Shown: positions 1 through 9,023 of the stretch, one piece after another
How the letters are laid out: the number at the start of each line of letters is the position of its first letter
How positions within the stretch are numbered: the first letter of the stretch is position 1
IMG/VR virus record: IMGVR_UViG_3300044683_000172
Coordinates: 1-64,000 of that record
Length of the DNA: 64,000 bases
Reading direction: 5' to 3' (one strand)
Origin: a virus
The notes under the pieces: model-generated
Databases searched by the model: none
What the model was told of the DNA's origin: nothing
What the model saw: only the letters and a program-made list of their open reading frames with translations
Translations under genes and position numbers: made by a program

Positions 1-215
1 TTTACCGTGATGCTGGCAGAGAAATCAAGGTTCACAATCCAGTAGAATTCAGAAAAGGGAAGATTAGGATTCGCCTTTGCTTCTTCTTTGGAGAAGTTCA
101 GCTTGATTGTGATGGGCTGAAGTTGCAGATAGATGGAAATTGGAACGCCGCGAAAAATTCGCGGCAGCACTTGTCCATCCTTGATTTCATAAAAACCGCC
201 GACTCGTGCTGTCAT
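1..215 (-). CDS. hypothetical protein, N-terminal part (ORF runs off the window edge)
   Basis: ATG at 215-213 on the minus strand, open to position 1 (MTARVGGFYEIKDGQVLPRIF...). Starts 10 nt downstream of the stop of the 225..2051 gene, same orientation. Confidence 0.4.
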   Translation of the reverse strand, partial: MTARVGGFYEIKDGQVLPRIFRGVPISIYLQLQPITIKLNFSKEEAKANPNLPFSEFYWIVNLDFSASITV

Positions 216-224
216 TTTCGCCTC

Positions 225-2051
225 TTAATTTGATGCATCGCCAATCTTTGACTGACGAGTCAGCCATTGTTTGTTCCCGCCATCCCAGTAGAAATTCACT
301 TCATTTCCGCCCATGATGTCCAACGTCTTGACGTTCTTGTATCCGCTGACAGAGTCATAAATGATCGTTGAGTCCGACAAATTGACGGTGATTTTCGATC
401 CCGATTTCATCAGGGCTTGGATTGTGAAGTTGTATCCGTTTTCCAACGTCTGAATCGTGGATGCAGCAGGAACCGTAAATACGACATTGGAAGACCCGGC
501 CGTGAAGAACATGGATCCACTTCTGGTGTTGGTGGCAAGCGACCGGCTGCTGCCGTCCGTCTTGCTTGCCGGCATCGCGTCAACCCAAGCGGTGCCGCTC
601 CACCAACGTGGCTTTCCGATTGCCGTGTCAAACCACATGTATCCGACTTGCGTCGTGCCCATATTCGCGGGCGCCGTTGCACTGGCGCTGAACATCTTTT
701 GCGCGATAAACGGATATGACCTGAATGAACTAGAATCAACCACAAACTCGGCGCCTTCACCAAATGCCAACGTAATCGGACAATTCATGTTGGGTCCGAT
801 TCCGCCGCAGCCAGCGGTCGCATTGACCGTTACAGGCGTCGGCAGGTAATTGATCACCTTGAGTCGATAGCCGTTCTTCACCCCTGCCGAAGACATTTGT
901 GCGGTAGTCGGCAAGTTGATTGTGTTTGTTCCGGACCACGCGATATAAATGTCACCGTCATTGAAAGACGTGATGTTCCAAGTGGCGCCATTTGTGACGG
1001 TAACTTTACCGTTCAGATTTCCGCTGACTCGCTGTCCATACCATGCGCCTTGCGTGAACTTGAACTCATACGTATCACCTTGGTTCATGACGAACGTTTT
1101 TCCGGTCGGTTGTTGATCGGCCGGGTTCGGATAAATCGGGTCCGAAAAATTCAGCGTCAACGTGGTGGCAGGAAACGTGCGTTGCCAATTCGTAATTCGA
1201 ATGCTCGAACCGACAGGAGTGCCAGCGGAGATGATGGACGCAATCGACGGAATGTTGACTGTTTGTGATTGATTTGCATTGTACGCAAACCAGTCGCCGT
1301 TGTTGAACGATCCAAGCGTTGAAGTGGCCGAACTGTTGACCAGGAAGGCTCCGCGCTTTCCATAGTCTGCCAATTTTCCATCCGAGTATGACTTTGCGCT
1401 GGCGAGCGTTGCGGCGTCTTGGTCATCAGAGTATTCCTTATTGACGACATCCGCAAGTTGTTGCGGTTTGCCGGTGACCATTCCGTGCGTCACGTCGAAA
1501 CTTATGACGCTGGGCTTTCCGTTTGAATCGACGGAAAGATCGCCAGAACTCAAGATGCCGCCGATTGCATTCGATTTTGCAACGGGAATTGGTTGTGTGA
1601 TCGTTGCCGAGTTGTAGCGTGTGAAATTGACGACTGCGTTGCCGCCCGAGTCGGAGAATTCCTGGGTCAGAAGTCCGGTTTCTCCGAACGCCAGCGTGAT
1701 TGACGTGGACGTTTGTCCAGTCGATGTATCACGAATCGGAACGGAGCCCTTTACGGTTGTGATGGTCACAATCGGCTTTTTGGTCTCATCGCCGCTGTTT
1801 GTCAACCAGTAATATTCGGGAATCGTGCCGGAAATCGGGTCGACGTTTCCGCCCAGCAGAAGCTTGACTTCCAGAGCTTCTTGGAACGAAGTCAAAACAA
1901 TTGGCGCATTGTGGTACATCCGCGCCAAAGTTCCGTTGTTCCCGATGATGTCCTGTCCCGTGACCTGTTGGACATTCGGGTGCAGCTGCGCCCACGCCGT
2001 TGATGCAGATGCGATAACGAGCATCGCAACTAGTCTGAAAAATCTTTTCAT
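225..2051 (-). CDS. secreted fibre/adhesin-like protein with Sec signal peptide
   Basis: 608-aa ORF, ATG preceded by AAGAGGA. N-terminus MKRFFRLVAMLVIASASTAWA-QL is a classic signal peptide. Ser/Thr/Asn/Gly-rich composition and an MWFDTAIGKPRWWSGTAWVD motif of the kind seen in phage fibre proteins. Confidence 0.7.
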   Translation of the reverse strand: MKRFFRLVAMLVIASASTAWAQLHPNVQQVTGQDIIGNNGTLARMYHNAPIVLTSFQEALEVKLLLGGNVDPISGTIPEYYWLTNSGDETKKPIVTITTVKGSVPIRDTSTGQTSTSITLAFGETGLLTQEFSDSGGNAVVNFTRYNSATITQPIPVAKSNAIGGILSSGDLSVDSNGKPSVISFDVTHGMVTGKPQQLADVVNKEYSDDQDAATLASAKSYSDGKLADYGKRGAFLVNSSATSTLGSFNNGDWFAYNANQSQTVNIPSIASIISAGTPVGSSIRITNWQRTFPATTLTLNFSDPIYPNPADQQPTGKTFVMNQGDTYEFKFTQGAWYGQRVSGNLNGKVTVTNGATWNITSFNDGDIYIAWSGTNTINLPTTAQMSSAGVKNGYRLKVINYLPTPVTVNATAGCGGIGPNMNCPITLAFGEGAEFVVDSSSFRSYPFIAQKMFSASATAPANMGTTQVGYMWFDTAIGKPRWWSGTAWVDAMPASKTDGSSRSLATNTRSGSMFFTAGSSNVVFTVPAASTIQTLENGYNFTIQALMKSGSKITVNLSDSTIIYDSVSGYKNVKTLDIMGGNEVNFYWDGGNKQWLTRQSKIGDASN

Positions 2052-2060
2052 GTCGTCCTC

Positions 2061-2915
2061 TTAAATGACTGGAATTTTCCTGCAGCGACAATTTATTGCC
2101 CATCCTGGCGGCCCCAAATCGCCTTTCTTCAGATCGAATTCACCCCCGATTTGCCAAAGACGAGGGTCATTCAATTTGAATATGTGCCCATCCATTTTCT
2201 GGTGAGAATGGCGCGGTTCTTTTCCCGCCGATGAATGGGCCCATTCGAATTCTTCGACGCCATTTTCGGCCATTCGTTCGTCGCTCAAAGACGAATAAAG
2301 CTTACTTGTTTGGTCGCGCGCAATCAGTTTTACTTTATTCTTAGAGAAAGAGCCGATTTCCTTCAGTGCATTTTCTATCCCTGATTGGCCTTGTTCTTCA
2401 GGATTGGGCGACGTAAGAGAAAGCATCACCGCATTGAATACTTTTTCGTGAGTTTCTTTTTGTATGTTTGTGATGAGCGTGTGGTTGAACTCTTGCGCGG
2501 CTTGCAGCGTATTTGCGACATTCGAAGTATAGGCTGCGCGCGGCTGGTCGATTCCAGCCGTCTTCAGGCTCATCAGCGTCGCTGTTGTTGCGCCTTCATC
2601 GACTTTCTTGATGAATTCTGCAGCAGTCTTTTCTGCGAATGCATTGAAGATTCTTGCCCATCGCTTTTCCAATTTGGAAAGCGATGACGTGAGCTTATTT
2701 GTGGCTGCGGCATCTGTCGCAAAGAACTTGGCCACCGGACCAGACTTCAACGCTTCCTTGATTTGCGCGCGGTACTCTTCGATCATCAACTTGCAGATCG
2801 AATTGATTTCGCCCGCATACCATTCACGAATGGCAGCACTGGGGTTGATGGGGCGGCCGCGACCAACTGGTCGTTGATCGCGTCGTTTCCGCGATTTGGA
2901 TGCTGAGAAGGCCAT
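2061..2915 (-). CDS. head morphogenesis protein (SPP1 gp7 / Mu gpF family)
   Basis: C-terminal motifs WAHSSAGKEPRHSH...GPPGWAINCRCR are typical of the family. ATG at 2915 overlaps the upstream stop (TGATG). The ORF track's longer version starts at a TTG at 2942. Confidence 0.85.
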   Translation of the reverse strand: MAFSASKSRKRRDQRPVGRGRPINPSAAIREWYAGEINSICKLMIEEYRAQIKEALKSGPVAKFFATDAAATNKLTSSLSKLEKRWARIFNAFAEKTAAEFIKKVDEGATTATLMSLKTAGIDQPRAAYTSNVANTLQAAQEFNHTLITNIQKETHEKVFNAVMLSLTSPNPEEQGQSGIENALKEIGSFSKNKVKLIARDQTSKLYSSLSDERMAENGVEEFEWAHSSAGKEPRHSHQKMDGHIFKLNDPRLWQIGGEFDLKKGDLGPPGWAINCRCRKIPVI

Positions 2916-3316
2916 CAAAGTTCTTTGCCAGTCAAGACCCAACGCTTATTCTTCGGACCTTGTCCGGCTTCTTGATAGTTGACGGCTTCATATCGCTTGC
3001 CGTTCTTGTGAAACTCGCCAGTACTTCCGTTGCTATTTTTGATCGACAGGCCGCTGATCTTTTTGGTGCCGGCGATCTTTTCTGTTGCGGCTTCCAACTC
3101 TTTCGTTTTCGCTGCGCCCGGGCGCTGTGGAGTTCCAGAGGCGCTGAATTTGCCGGCCTGGTTCGGCTTTCCGTTGCCTTTCCTGGCACCGCTGGTATTT
3201 GCACCGCCGGAACCGAATTGTCCATTCGGTGCGCGCTTATGCTCGGACTCATTCCATTCGTCCATGGCCGAGTTTGCGGCCTTGAGTTTTGCGAGAATTT
3301 GCTTTGTGGTTACCAT
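2915..3316 (-). CDS. hypothetical protein (Gly/Lys-rich)
   Basis: 133-aa ORF in the head module, coupled to the downstream gene. No recognisable motif. Confidence 0.6.
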   Translation of the reverse strand: MVTTKQILAKLKAANSAMDEWNESEHKRAPNGQFGSGGANTSGARKGNGKPNQAGKFSASGTPQRPGAAKTKELEAATEKIAGTKKISGLSIKNSNGSTGEFHKNGKRYEAVNYQEAGQGPKNKRWVLTGKEL

Positions 3317-3324
3317 GATTGAAA

Positions 3325-3762
3325 TTACGCCCCGATGATTGTGAAGTCACAAGTGTCGCCACTCGTCCCGCTGCTCATGCCGTAAAGATCATTCAGCGGA
3401 CCAAATGGAAGCGTTAGTGATTCCCCGGCAGAGATGCTGAAATCCACTGCCCCAACAGGCTTATTGAATGACAAATACAGCGTGTGATTTTGACTGTCAA
3501 CATTCTTGATCGTCAACGAGTTCTTGTAGGTTCCTCCTGCCGCAACAAGATCACGGCCACTCGTGCCGACCTTCATCGGCTCATTGATCACGATCCCGTT
3601 GTTGCTGATGCCGGTCTGAGGGTTTCCAGGAGCGGCGCCCGACTCGGGTGCACCAAGCGATACCGGCTTGCCCGTCTTCGGGTCGAGAACGAATGTTCCT
3701 ATGGCGGCATATTCGCCGCCACCGCCCTTGATAGGGGTTGGGTCGCCAGGCTTAAAGTACAT
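3325..3762 (-). CDS. hypothetical protein
   Basis: 145-aa ORF with ATG, 3 nt downstream of the portal stop. No recognisable motif. Confidence 0.6.
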   Translation of the reverse strand: MYFKPGDPTPIKGGGGEYAAIGTFVLDPKTGKPVSLGAPESGAAPGNPQTGISNNGIVINEPMKVGTSGRDLVAAGGTYKNSLTIKNVDSQNHTLYLSFNKPVGAVDFSISAGESLTLPFGPLNDLYGMSSGTSGDTCDFTIIGA

Positions 3763-3765
3763 GTC

Positions 3766-6300
3766 TTATCCTTGATTATTGGATTCACCGTCCGCCATGT
3801 GCGGATTAACATCAGATTCTCGCCAGAATTCGTTTGTGTATGGGCCGCAGTGAGCTTTCTTTGAGTTCAACCAAGCCTTGAAGTCGTCCATCGACAACTC
3901 ATGAATGGAATCAAATCCGTCCCAACCTTCCGAGTAGGATTGGTCATATGCTTCTTTTGCTTCTTCGCGGCTGTCGAACCCGAGCATGCACTTGTGCTCG
4001 TCAAACTCGCCGTCTTTGCTGTTTTGATTGACGATGAACGCCTTTTGGGACTTCATGTTGGGTCCGACAAAGCAATCCATCTCATCGCCATCGGCGCCTT
4101 CGAATCCCTTGATGAAGCCATAGTGGTGCGGCATATTCACGCTCCACTCATCACCGTCCAGGGTGACGCCGCGACGAGTTGTCCCGCGCGGATTTTCGAT
4201 TGCCAGCGTCATGCCGTGAAGCTTGATCTTTGGAAGCTTCCAAGGCGCTTGCTCGGTCGCCACGGACAACGGCCCATGCGTCGATGCTCGGACGGACGAT
4301 GCGACGCCCGGCTTAACCGCGCGGTCTCGGCCGGGGACTTCGCCCGCTCGAATGTCCACACCTTCCGGACGAATCTCATCACTCAGACGCTCAATAACGT
4401 CCGTCATCCGACCCAGGATGTCCATGATTGCAGGCGATACGCCAGCAGCGGCCGGATCAAGCATCGTAGTTTGTTCTTGTTGTGCGCGCTTTTGTGCGGG
4501 CTCTTGGACTTCCGGAACGGCCGCGACCTTTGGAGGGACCTCGGTGGCCTCTGCGCTTTCGTTTGCGCCCATTCCAATCTTGCTGCCCTTGTTGACTTCT
4601 TCCTGGCGCGCACCTGCCGTCACGAGGGATGCCTTCGACTTCTCCTGTTGCGCGCCGGCCTTCTCCAACTCTGCCAGAACATCCGGCGACATGCCCGGCT
4701 CCGAATTCCCATCGTCGTTGCCCAGTCGGTTGTATCCGCTGTACTTGTCGTCCCGAATTCGATTGCGCTCCTCGTCCGGAGACAGCGCGCCGGATTCGAC
4801 CAAGGCAACGCCGGTTTGAGCCTTCGTCAAGTTCAGCTCAGCGCGTTGCTTGGCCGTCATCGAGTCAACAGGCTCCCAAACGTGCTGGATTTTCACCGTC
4901 AGCCCAAGCGACTTCTCCAGCAGCATGTAGTGCCGATCAAGGAGCGGCGACATGTCGTGCTTTTGAATCGATTCAAGTTCTTCGTGATAGTTGATCGTCT
5001 CAAACTCACCAGTAGAATTGAATCCCTTCGGGGACGTTCCCAGAAGCTTCGTTGCAGGAACCTTGCCAATCGCGGATACCAGCTGATACTGGTTCATGAT
5101 GACGGCGTCGAAGTCGGCCAGAGACGTGTCGAATTGCTCCATCGTCTCTTCTTTTCCCAAGACCTTCACTGCGTGATTGTCTCGGTACTTGACCCAGAAC
5201 TTGAGCTTGGCAATGAACTTGTCTTCGTTCAGAATTGCCTTTTCGGTATCGACGTGGATTGCCGTCGTTCGTTTGTTCGTAGCAAGCAGCGGCGCCTCAT
5301 TTGCCGTACGTTCGGCGGCATAGACGCGCTCATAGATGCGCTGGGTCAGCGGGATGCCGCCGAAAATGTACGTCGGCTTCAGAATGTCTGCCGGTTCCGG
5401 ACCGCGAACGATGATGAGGTGGCTTCGGTGATATTTCTTCCCGCTGATGATCCAGTATTCCGGTTCATAGAAGTGGATGGAGGAAGGATCGGCCGTTGCT
5501 TCAGCCGTCAGCATCGGCATCATCCAATACGGATCAACCTGTGAAATGCCCTTGTAGGAGCCCTTAGTAACGCCATCGATGTTGAATGGCTTCTCGTAAT
5601 AACGTTCATCGTCACTTTCCACCTCAAAGATGGCGACGCGGATGCCGAAGATGTTCTTGAATCGAACCAACTGTTTCAGGTTTTCCACCAACCTGAACTT
5701 GAGATCATAGCGCTCCAGCTCATCACGGGTTGCATCGTCCAACTCTTCATCTTCGCTGACCGCCTTGAGTGTCCAGCCGTTCCTCACGGCATCTTCCCCG
5801 GGCATAGAGCACGCCTTGTCCACAAGCCAATGCTGTGCGATAAGAGCGCACGCCTGATATCCGATGAACGACTGGGAAAGATACCAGTTCATCAGCTGCT
5901 CAGGGACTGCATACGGAGTTTGCATTGTTCCGGCCATGCTGGGATCGCACGTGCCGCAGGAATCATCCATTGCGTAAGTCTTCGCAATGGGCACGGCAGA
6001 GTCCATGACCAGGGAAGTGCCTGAGATCGTCTCCACTTTTGAATGGCTCTCATCTTCCAACTCGGCCATGGGGAATGAATCGACCCCTCGCAGAGTGAGG
6101 ATTCGCTCGCCGTCGGTTACGGTCCAACCTTCTTGGCGCCTGACGCGCTCCATCGGGTCCAACGGATCGGTGATCGGGACAAATTCCTGTTTGGCCTCGG
6201 GCGCGCGAGCCTTTCTTTTGCGACCAAACAGTCCGGTGATCTTATTGAGCATGGTGGATTCCGATGGGTGTACGCGCTCAGCCCGTAAGTTCACAGGCAT
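3766..6300 (-). CDS. portal protein (DUF1073-type) with C-terminal inorganic-pyrophosphatase-like domain
   Basis: 844 aa. The central region contains VPATKLLGTSPKGFNSTGE, typical of DUF1073 portals. A low-complexity linker follows. The last 150 aa contain HHYGFIKG...DGDEMDC, matching the family I PPase signature. Confidence 0.85.
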   Translation of the reverse strand: MPVNLRAERVHPSESTMLNKITGLFGRKRKARAPEAKQEFVPITDPLDPMERVRRQEGWTVTDGERILTLRGVDSFPMAELEDESHSKVETISGTSLVMDSAVPIAKTYAMDDSCGTCDPSMAGTMQTPYAVPEQLMNWYLSQSFIGYQACALIAQHWLVDKACSMPGEDAVRNGWTLKAVSEDEELDDATRDELERYDLKFRLVENLKQLVRFKNIFGIRVAIFEVESDDERYYEKPFNIDGVTKGSYKGISQVDPYWMMPMLTAEATADPSSIHFYEPEYWIISGKKYHRSHLIIVRGPEPADILKPTYIFGGIPLTQRIYERVYAAERTANEAPLLATNKRTTAIHVDTEKAILNEDKFIAKLKFWVKYRDNHAVKVLGKEETMEQFDTSLADFDAVIMNQYQLVSAIGKVPATKLLGTSPKGFNSTGEFETINYHEELESIQKHDMSPLLDRHYMLLEKSLGLTVKIQHVWEPVDSMTAKQRAELNLTKAQTGVALVESGALSPDEERNRIRDDKYSGYNRLGNDDGNSEPGMSPDVLAELEKAGAQQEKSKASLVTAGARQEEVNKGSKIGMGANESAEATEVPPKVAAVPEVQEPAQKRAQQEQTTMLDPAAAGVSPAIMDILGRMTDVIERLSDEIRPEGVDIRAGEVPGRDRAVKPGVASSVRASTHGPLSVATEQAPWKLPKIKLHGMTLAIENPRGTTRRGVTLDGDEWSVNMPHHYGFIKGFEGADGDEMDCFVGPNMKSQKAFIVNQNSKDGEFDEHKCMLGFDSREEAKEAYDQSYSEGWDGFDSIHELSMDDFKAWLNSKKAHCGPYTNEFWRESDVNPHMADGESNNQG

Positions 6301-6364
6301 CGCCCGTGAATGGTAGCGATTAATGTCAGTCAGAGATAGTGTTGACTTGCCTGTGCATCAGAAA

Positions 6365-6373
6365 TGGTATAAT
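6365..6373 (+). promoter_or_regulatory. extended -10 promoter element TGGTATAAT
   Basis: TGnTATAAT lies 36 nt upstream of the 6409 ATG, in the divergent gap between the portal and the plus-strand block. Confidence 0.45.
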
Positions 6374-6408
6374 CTTGTATCACATCAATCAGCTGCCTGG
6401 AGCTAACC

Positions 6409-7242
6409 ATGGATTTCGATGACCTGGAAGACGATATCAACGCAGTGAGGACCAAACAAGTCGCACCCAAGGCGACTTATCGTGATGTGTGCCTGCGTTG
6501 TGGTGGAACCGGACGCTATAACGGCTCGTCATCGCTCGGATATCAATGCTTCCTATGCAAAGGGAAAGGATATCGAGAATACAAACAGTCGCCGGAACAG
6601 AGGGCGCGCGCAAAGACAAATGCCGCCAATCGCAAGGCTAAGAAGCAAGCGCAGAATCTTGAGTTGTTCGAAGCGGCCAACCCGGACTTCAAGGCTTGGT
6701 GGACCAATTCCACGTTCGATTTCGCGATCAGCCTTCGTGAATATGTCATCAAACACGGCGATTTGTCTGACGCACAACGAGCATCTGCACTTCGCTGCAT
6801 CGAGAAGAACAAGGCTTATCGCGCAGCGAAGATGGCAGCAGCAGAGCAAGCCCAGGAAGTGGATTTGAGCGGTGTTCAGGCTGTCTTCGAGCGCGCCCGC
6901 AAGAATGGCTATCACAGCCCAAGGATTTCGATCCTGGTGGGCGAGGATGGGCGATTGGTGCTTTCTCGCGCGCCTGATCACGGAGCCAACGCCGGATCGA
7001 TCTATTTGAAGGTCGGCGACTCATACATGGGCAAGGTTACAGGCGGCAAGTTCTATCGTTCGCGCGATTGCAGCAATGACGAAGAGTCCGACATTGTCGC
7101 GGCACTGCGCGATCCACTCGGCGCCGCCATAAAGTTCGGTCAACGCACCGGCATTTGCTCCTGCTGCAGCCGCAAGCTCACCAACGGTGAATCAATCGAA
7201 CTCGGGATTGGCCCGATCTGCCGAGAAAAGTTCTTTGGATAA
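6409..7242 (+). CDS. zinc-ribbon protein with DUF6011-like C-terminus
   Basis: CLRCGGTGRY...CFLCKGKGY (Cys4) at the N-terminus. The C-terminus GICSCCSRKLTNGESIELGIGPICREKF resembles the DUF6011 motif. Confidence 0.65.
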   Translation: MDFDDLEDDINAVRTKQVAPKATYRDVCLRCGGTGRYNGSSSLGYQCFLCKGKGYREYKQSPEQRARAKTNAANRKAKKQAQNLELFEAANPDFKAWWTNSTFDFAISLREYVIKHGDLSDAQRASALRCIEKNKAYRAAKMAAAEQAQEVDLSGVQAVFERARKNGYHSPRISILVGEDGRLVLSRAPDHGANAGSIYLKVGDSYMGKVTGGKFYRSRDCSNDEESDIVAALRDPLGAAIKFGQRTGICSCCSRKLTNGESIELGIGPICREKFFG

Positions 7243-7251
7243 GGAGATGAT

Positions 7252-7536
7252 ATGACTCGTTTGCATATGACTAGGTCGGATGCCGTTGAACTTCTGACGA
7301 ATGCCGCGCCAAACGACGCCTTCCAGATCGCGATCAAGAATTTGACGCAGGATGCGCTTGGATATGATTTGGATGGCCAAGGCCGTTCTTTCGTCCTTCT
7401 TCACGTCTCGCGGAATCAAGCGATCCGTGTCGCAAATAACTACATCACGGAAGGGCAGGAAGCGGCCGGTGCGCGCGTTCCGGTTTTCATGAAGCGCGGC
7501 CAGAACGGAAAGTGTACTTATTGCGTTGGATTCTGA
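7252..7536 (+). CDS. hypothetical protein
   Basis: 94-aa ORF, AAGGAG SD 6 nt upstream of the ATG. Confidence 0.6.
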   Translation: MTRLHMTRSDAVELLTNAAPNDAFQIAIKNLTQDALGYDLDGQGRSFVLLHVSRNQAIRVANNYITEGQEAAGARVPVFMKRGQNGKCTYCVGF

Positions 7537-7572
7537 CGTATAATTCTGGAACAATCAGAAAGGAATAGAAAG

Positions 7573-8337
7573 ATGGAAGACTTGGAAAAGATCAAGGATC
7601 GCATTTCAAAGCTTCTGGCGATGGCCGATGACGCATCCAGCCCGGAAGAAGCCGCGATTGCTGCAGAGCGCGCTCGCAAGTTGATGGACAAATATCAACT
7701 GGAGCGATTCGATGTGGAAGGGCGCGTCAGCGAAGAGTTTGCATCGATGGCAGCCAGCCGCGCATTCGCGGCGGTTCCTCAATACATGGCCTTCTTGGCA
7801 ACATCCGTCGCCCGATACAACGACTGCCAGGCATTCTTTTCGTTCGATGAAGTCACATTCAAGAAAAAGAATGCGGCCTTCAAAAAGTTCGGCAAAGTCA
7901 TCTCGTTTCGCGGCTACAAGTCCGATGTTGAACTGGCTCATCAAATGTTCACAAAATTGATGAGCGTCGTTGACGGACTTTGCAAGGTATATCTCAAGGA
8001 CAAGGGCTACACCAAATATCCGGTGCGTATCGGCGGCCAGTTCAAGCTTGGCGCAATCATGGTCATCGGAAACCGAATCAACGAGATGGTGAAGGAGCGA
8101 GATGCCATCACATCCTCGTCGGGCAATGCGCTTGTCGTGATCAAGAAAACGGCGGTGGATGAACACTTCGGAAAATGTGAACCGAAGTACGTTAGCGTCA
8201 AACGTGCCGACCGAGACGAAGCAGAGGCCGACGCCCGACGCGCTGGCTACGTGGAGGGCTCCAAGGTCGAAATCGTTGGCTCGTTGGAGTCGGAAGAAGA
8301 GGGCGAGAGTCCGTCTTCGCTTCGACTTTCGGCTTAA
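7573..8337 (+). CDS. DUF2786-like protein
   Basis: N-terminus IKDRISKLLAMADDASSPEEAAIAAERARKLMDKYQL matches the DUF2786 pattern. AGAAAGGA leader. Confidence 0.65.
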   Translation: MEDLEKIKDRISKLLAMADDASSPEEAAIAAERARKLMDKYQLERFDVEGRVSEEFASMAASRAFAAVPQYMAFLATSVARYNDCQAFFSFDEVTFKKKNAAFKKFGKVISFRGYKSDVELAHQMFTKLMSVVDGLCKVYLKDKGYTKYPVRIGGQFKLGAIMVIGNRINEMVKERDAITSSSGNALVVIKKTAVDEHFGKCEPKYVSVKRADRDEAEADARRAGYVEGSKVEIVGSLESEEEGESPSSLRLSA

Positions 8338-8514
8338 AACGTGTACGTTCGGGAGCCGAAATTGCTCGGAATTATCAGAAAGGACTGGAGGCGGATTAAT
8401 AGCCTACTTTACTTCCACGAAAAGGTCGCTTGTGCCGTCTTCTTGGCGTTGATCTTCGGAGCGCCATTTGCGGTGAACATGTTCACCCGATAGACTTTCT
8501 GACGGGAGTCTGTC

Positions 8515-8778
8515 ATGAGAACATTCAATTTGTCTGCCGCAAAGCGCGGTGCGAAATTGACGACTCGCAGCGGAAAATCTGCTCGTTTCGTCGGTCACAC
8601 AGCGTGCGCTCCGTCATTCGCCAGGGTTCGAGTCTATGTGGATGGTCGTCCAATCATGGTCAACGAACATGGTCGATTCAGCAATGAGCCGTCGCCGTTT
8701 GACGTCTTCCTTCAAGGCGATCCGGCGCCTTGTGTCACCGATGTGGTGATGGCCGGATGCATTGCCGCGCAGGAGTAG
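8515..8778 (+). CDS. hypothetical protein
   Basis: 87-aa ORF, GGGAG SD. The overlapping Cys/Arg-rich alternative frame (8430..8687) looks spurious. Confidence 0.55.
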   Translation: MRTFNLSAAKRGAKLTTRSGKSARFVGHTACAPSFARVRVYVDGRPIMVNEHGRFSNEPSPFDVFLQGDPAPCVTDVVMAGCIAAQE

Positions 8779-8780
8779 TG

Positions 8781-8969
8781 ATGTTGTACCAACGCTACAA
8801 CGCATATACGCGTGATGGCAAGTTCCTCGGAGACTGCTTCGGTTATTCCGATGAAGGCGCCATCAAAATCGCTTCTGTCTTCTACGGCCACAATGAAATG
8901 GAAGTCGGAGTGGTTCCGCAGCACCTGGATAAGAGCGATGCAAGTGTGCGTTTGACGCTATTGCAGTAA
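8781..8969 (+). CDS. hypothetical protein
   Basis: Internal ATG of ORF 8730..8969 with AGGAG SD at 8771-8775. Abuts the stop of the upstream gene. Confidence 0.5.
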   Translation: MLYQRYNAYTRDGKFLGDCFGYSDEGAIKIASVFYGHNEMEVGVVPQHLDKSDASVRLTLLQ

Positions 8970-9023
8970 AGAAGTTCCGCAGGGCGTCTTCGGATGCCCT
9001 GAACCACCAGAAAGGATAGAACT

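Noticed and set aside
3901-5544. 547-aa plus-strand ORF antisense to the portal gene. Similar long shadow ORFs occur at 27844..29037 (-), 32788..33906 (-), 42427..43743 (-), 43872..44858 (-), 50624..51760 (+) and 59836..61962 (+).
   Set aside because: Each lies entirely inside a well-supported gene on the other strand. Each has an Arg/Ala/Gly/His-rich junk-like translation and no SD. These are typical GC-rich antisense open frames.
7554-7572. Conserved leader (T)CAGAAAGGA(ATAGAA) upstream of many genes (7573, 9024, 25166, 30124, 31530, 35779, 41406, 44745, 45837, and an orphan copy at 8376-8392). Considered as a regulatory RNA motif.
   Set aside because: It is most simply an A-rich extended Shine-Dalgarno sequence (AAGGA) at a constant 8-10 nt spacing from the ATG. 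No conserved secondary structure accompanies it. The orphan copy at 8376 has no canonical start codon at the right spacing.
8619-8640. GGGTTCGAGTC string resembling a tRNA T-loop.
   Set aside because: It lies inside the coding ORF 8515..8778. There is no complementary T-stem, D-arm or acceptor pairing around it.
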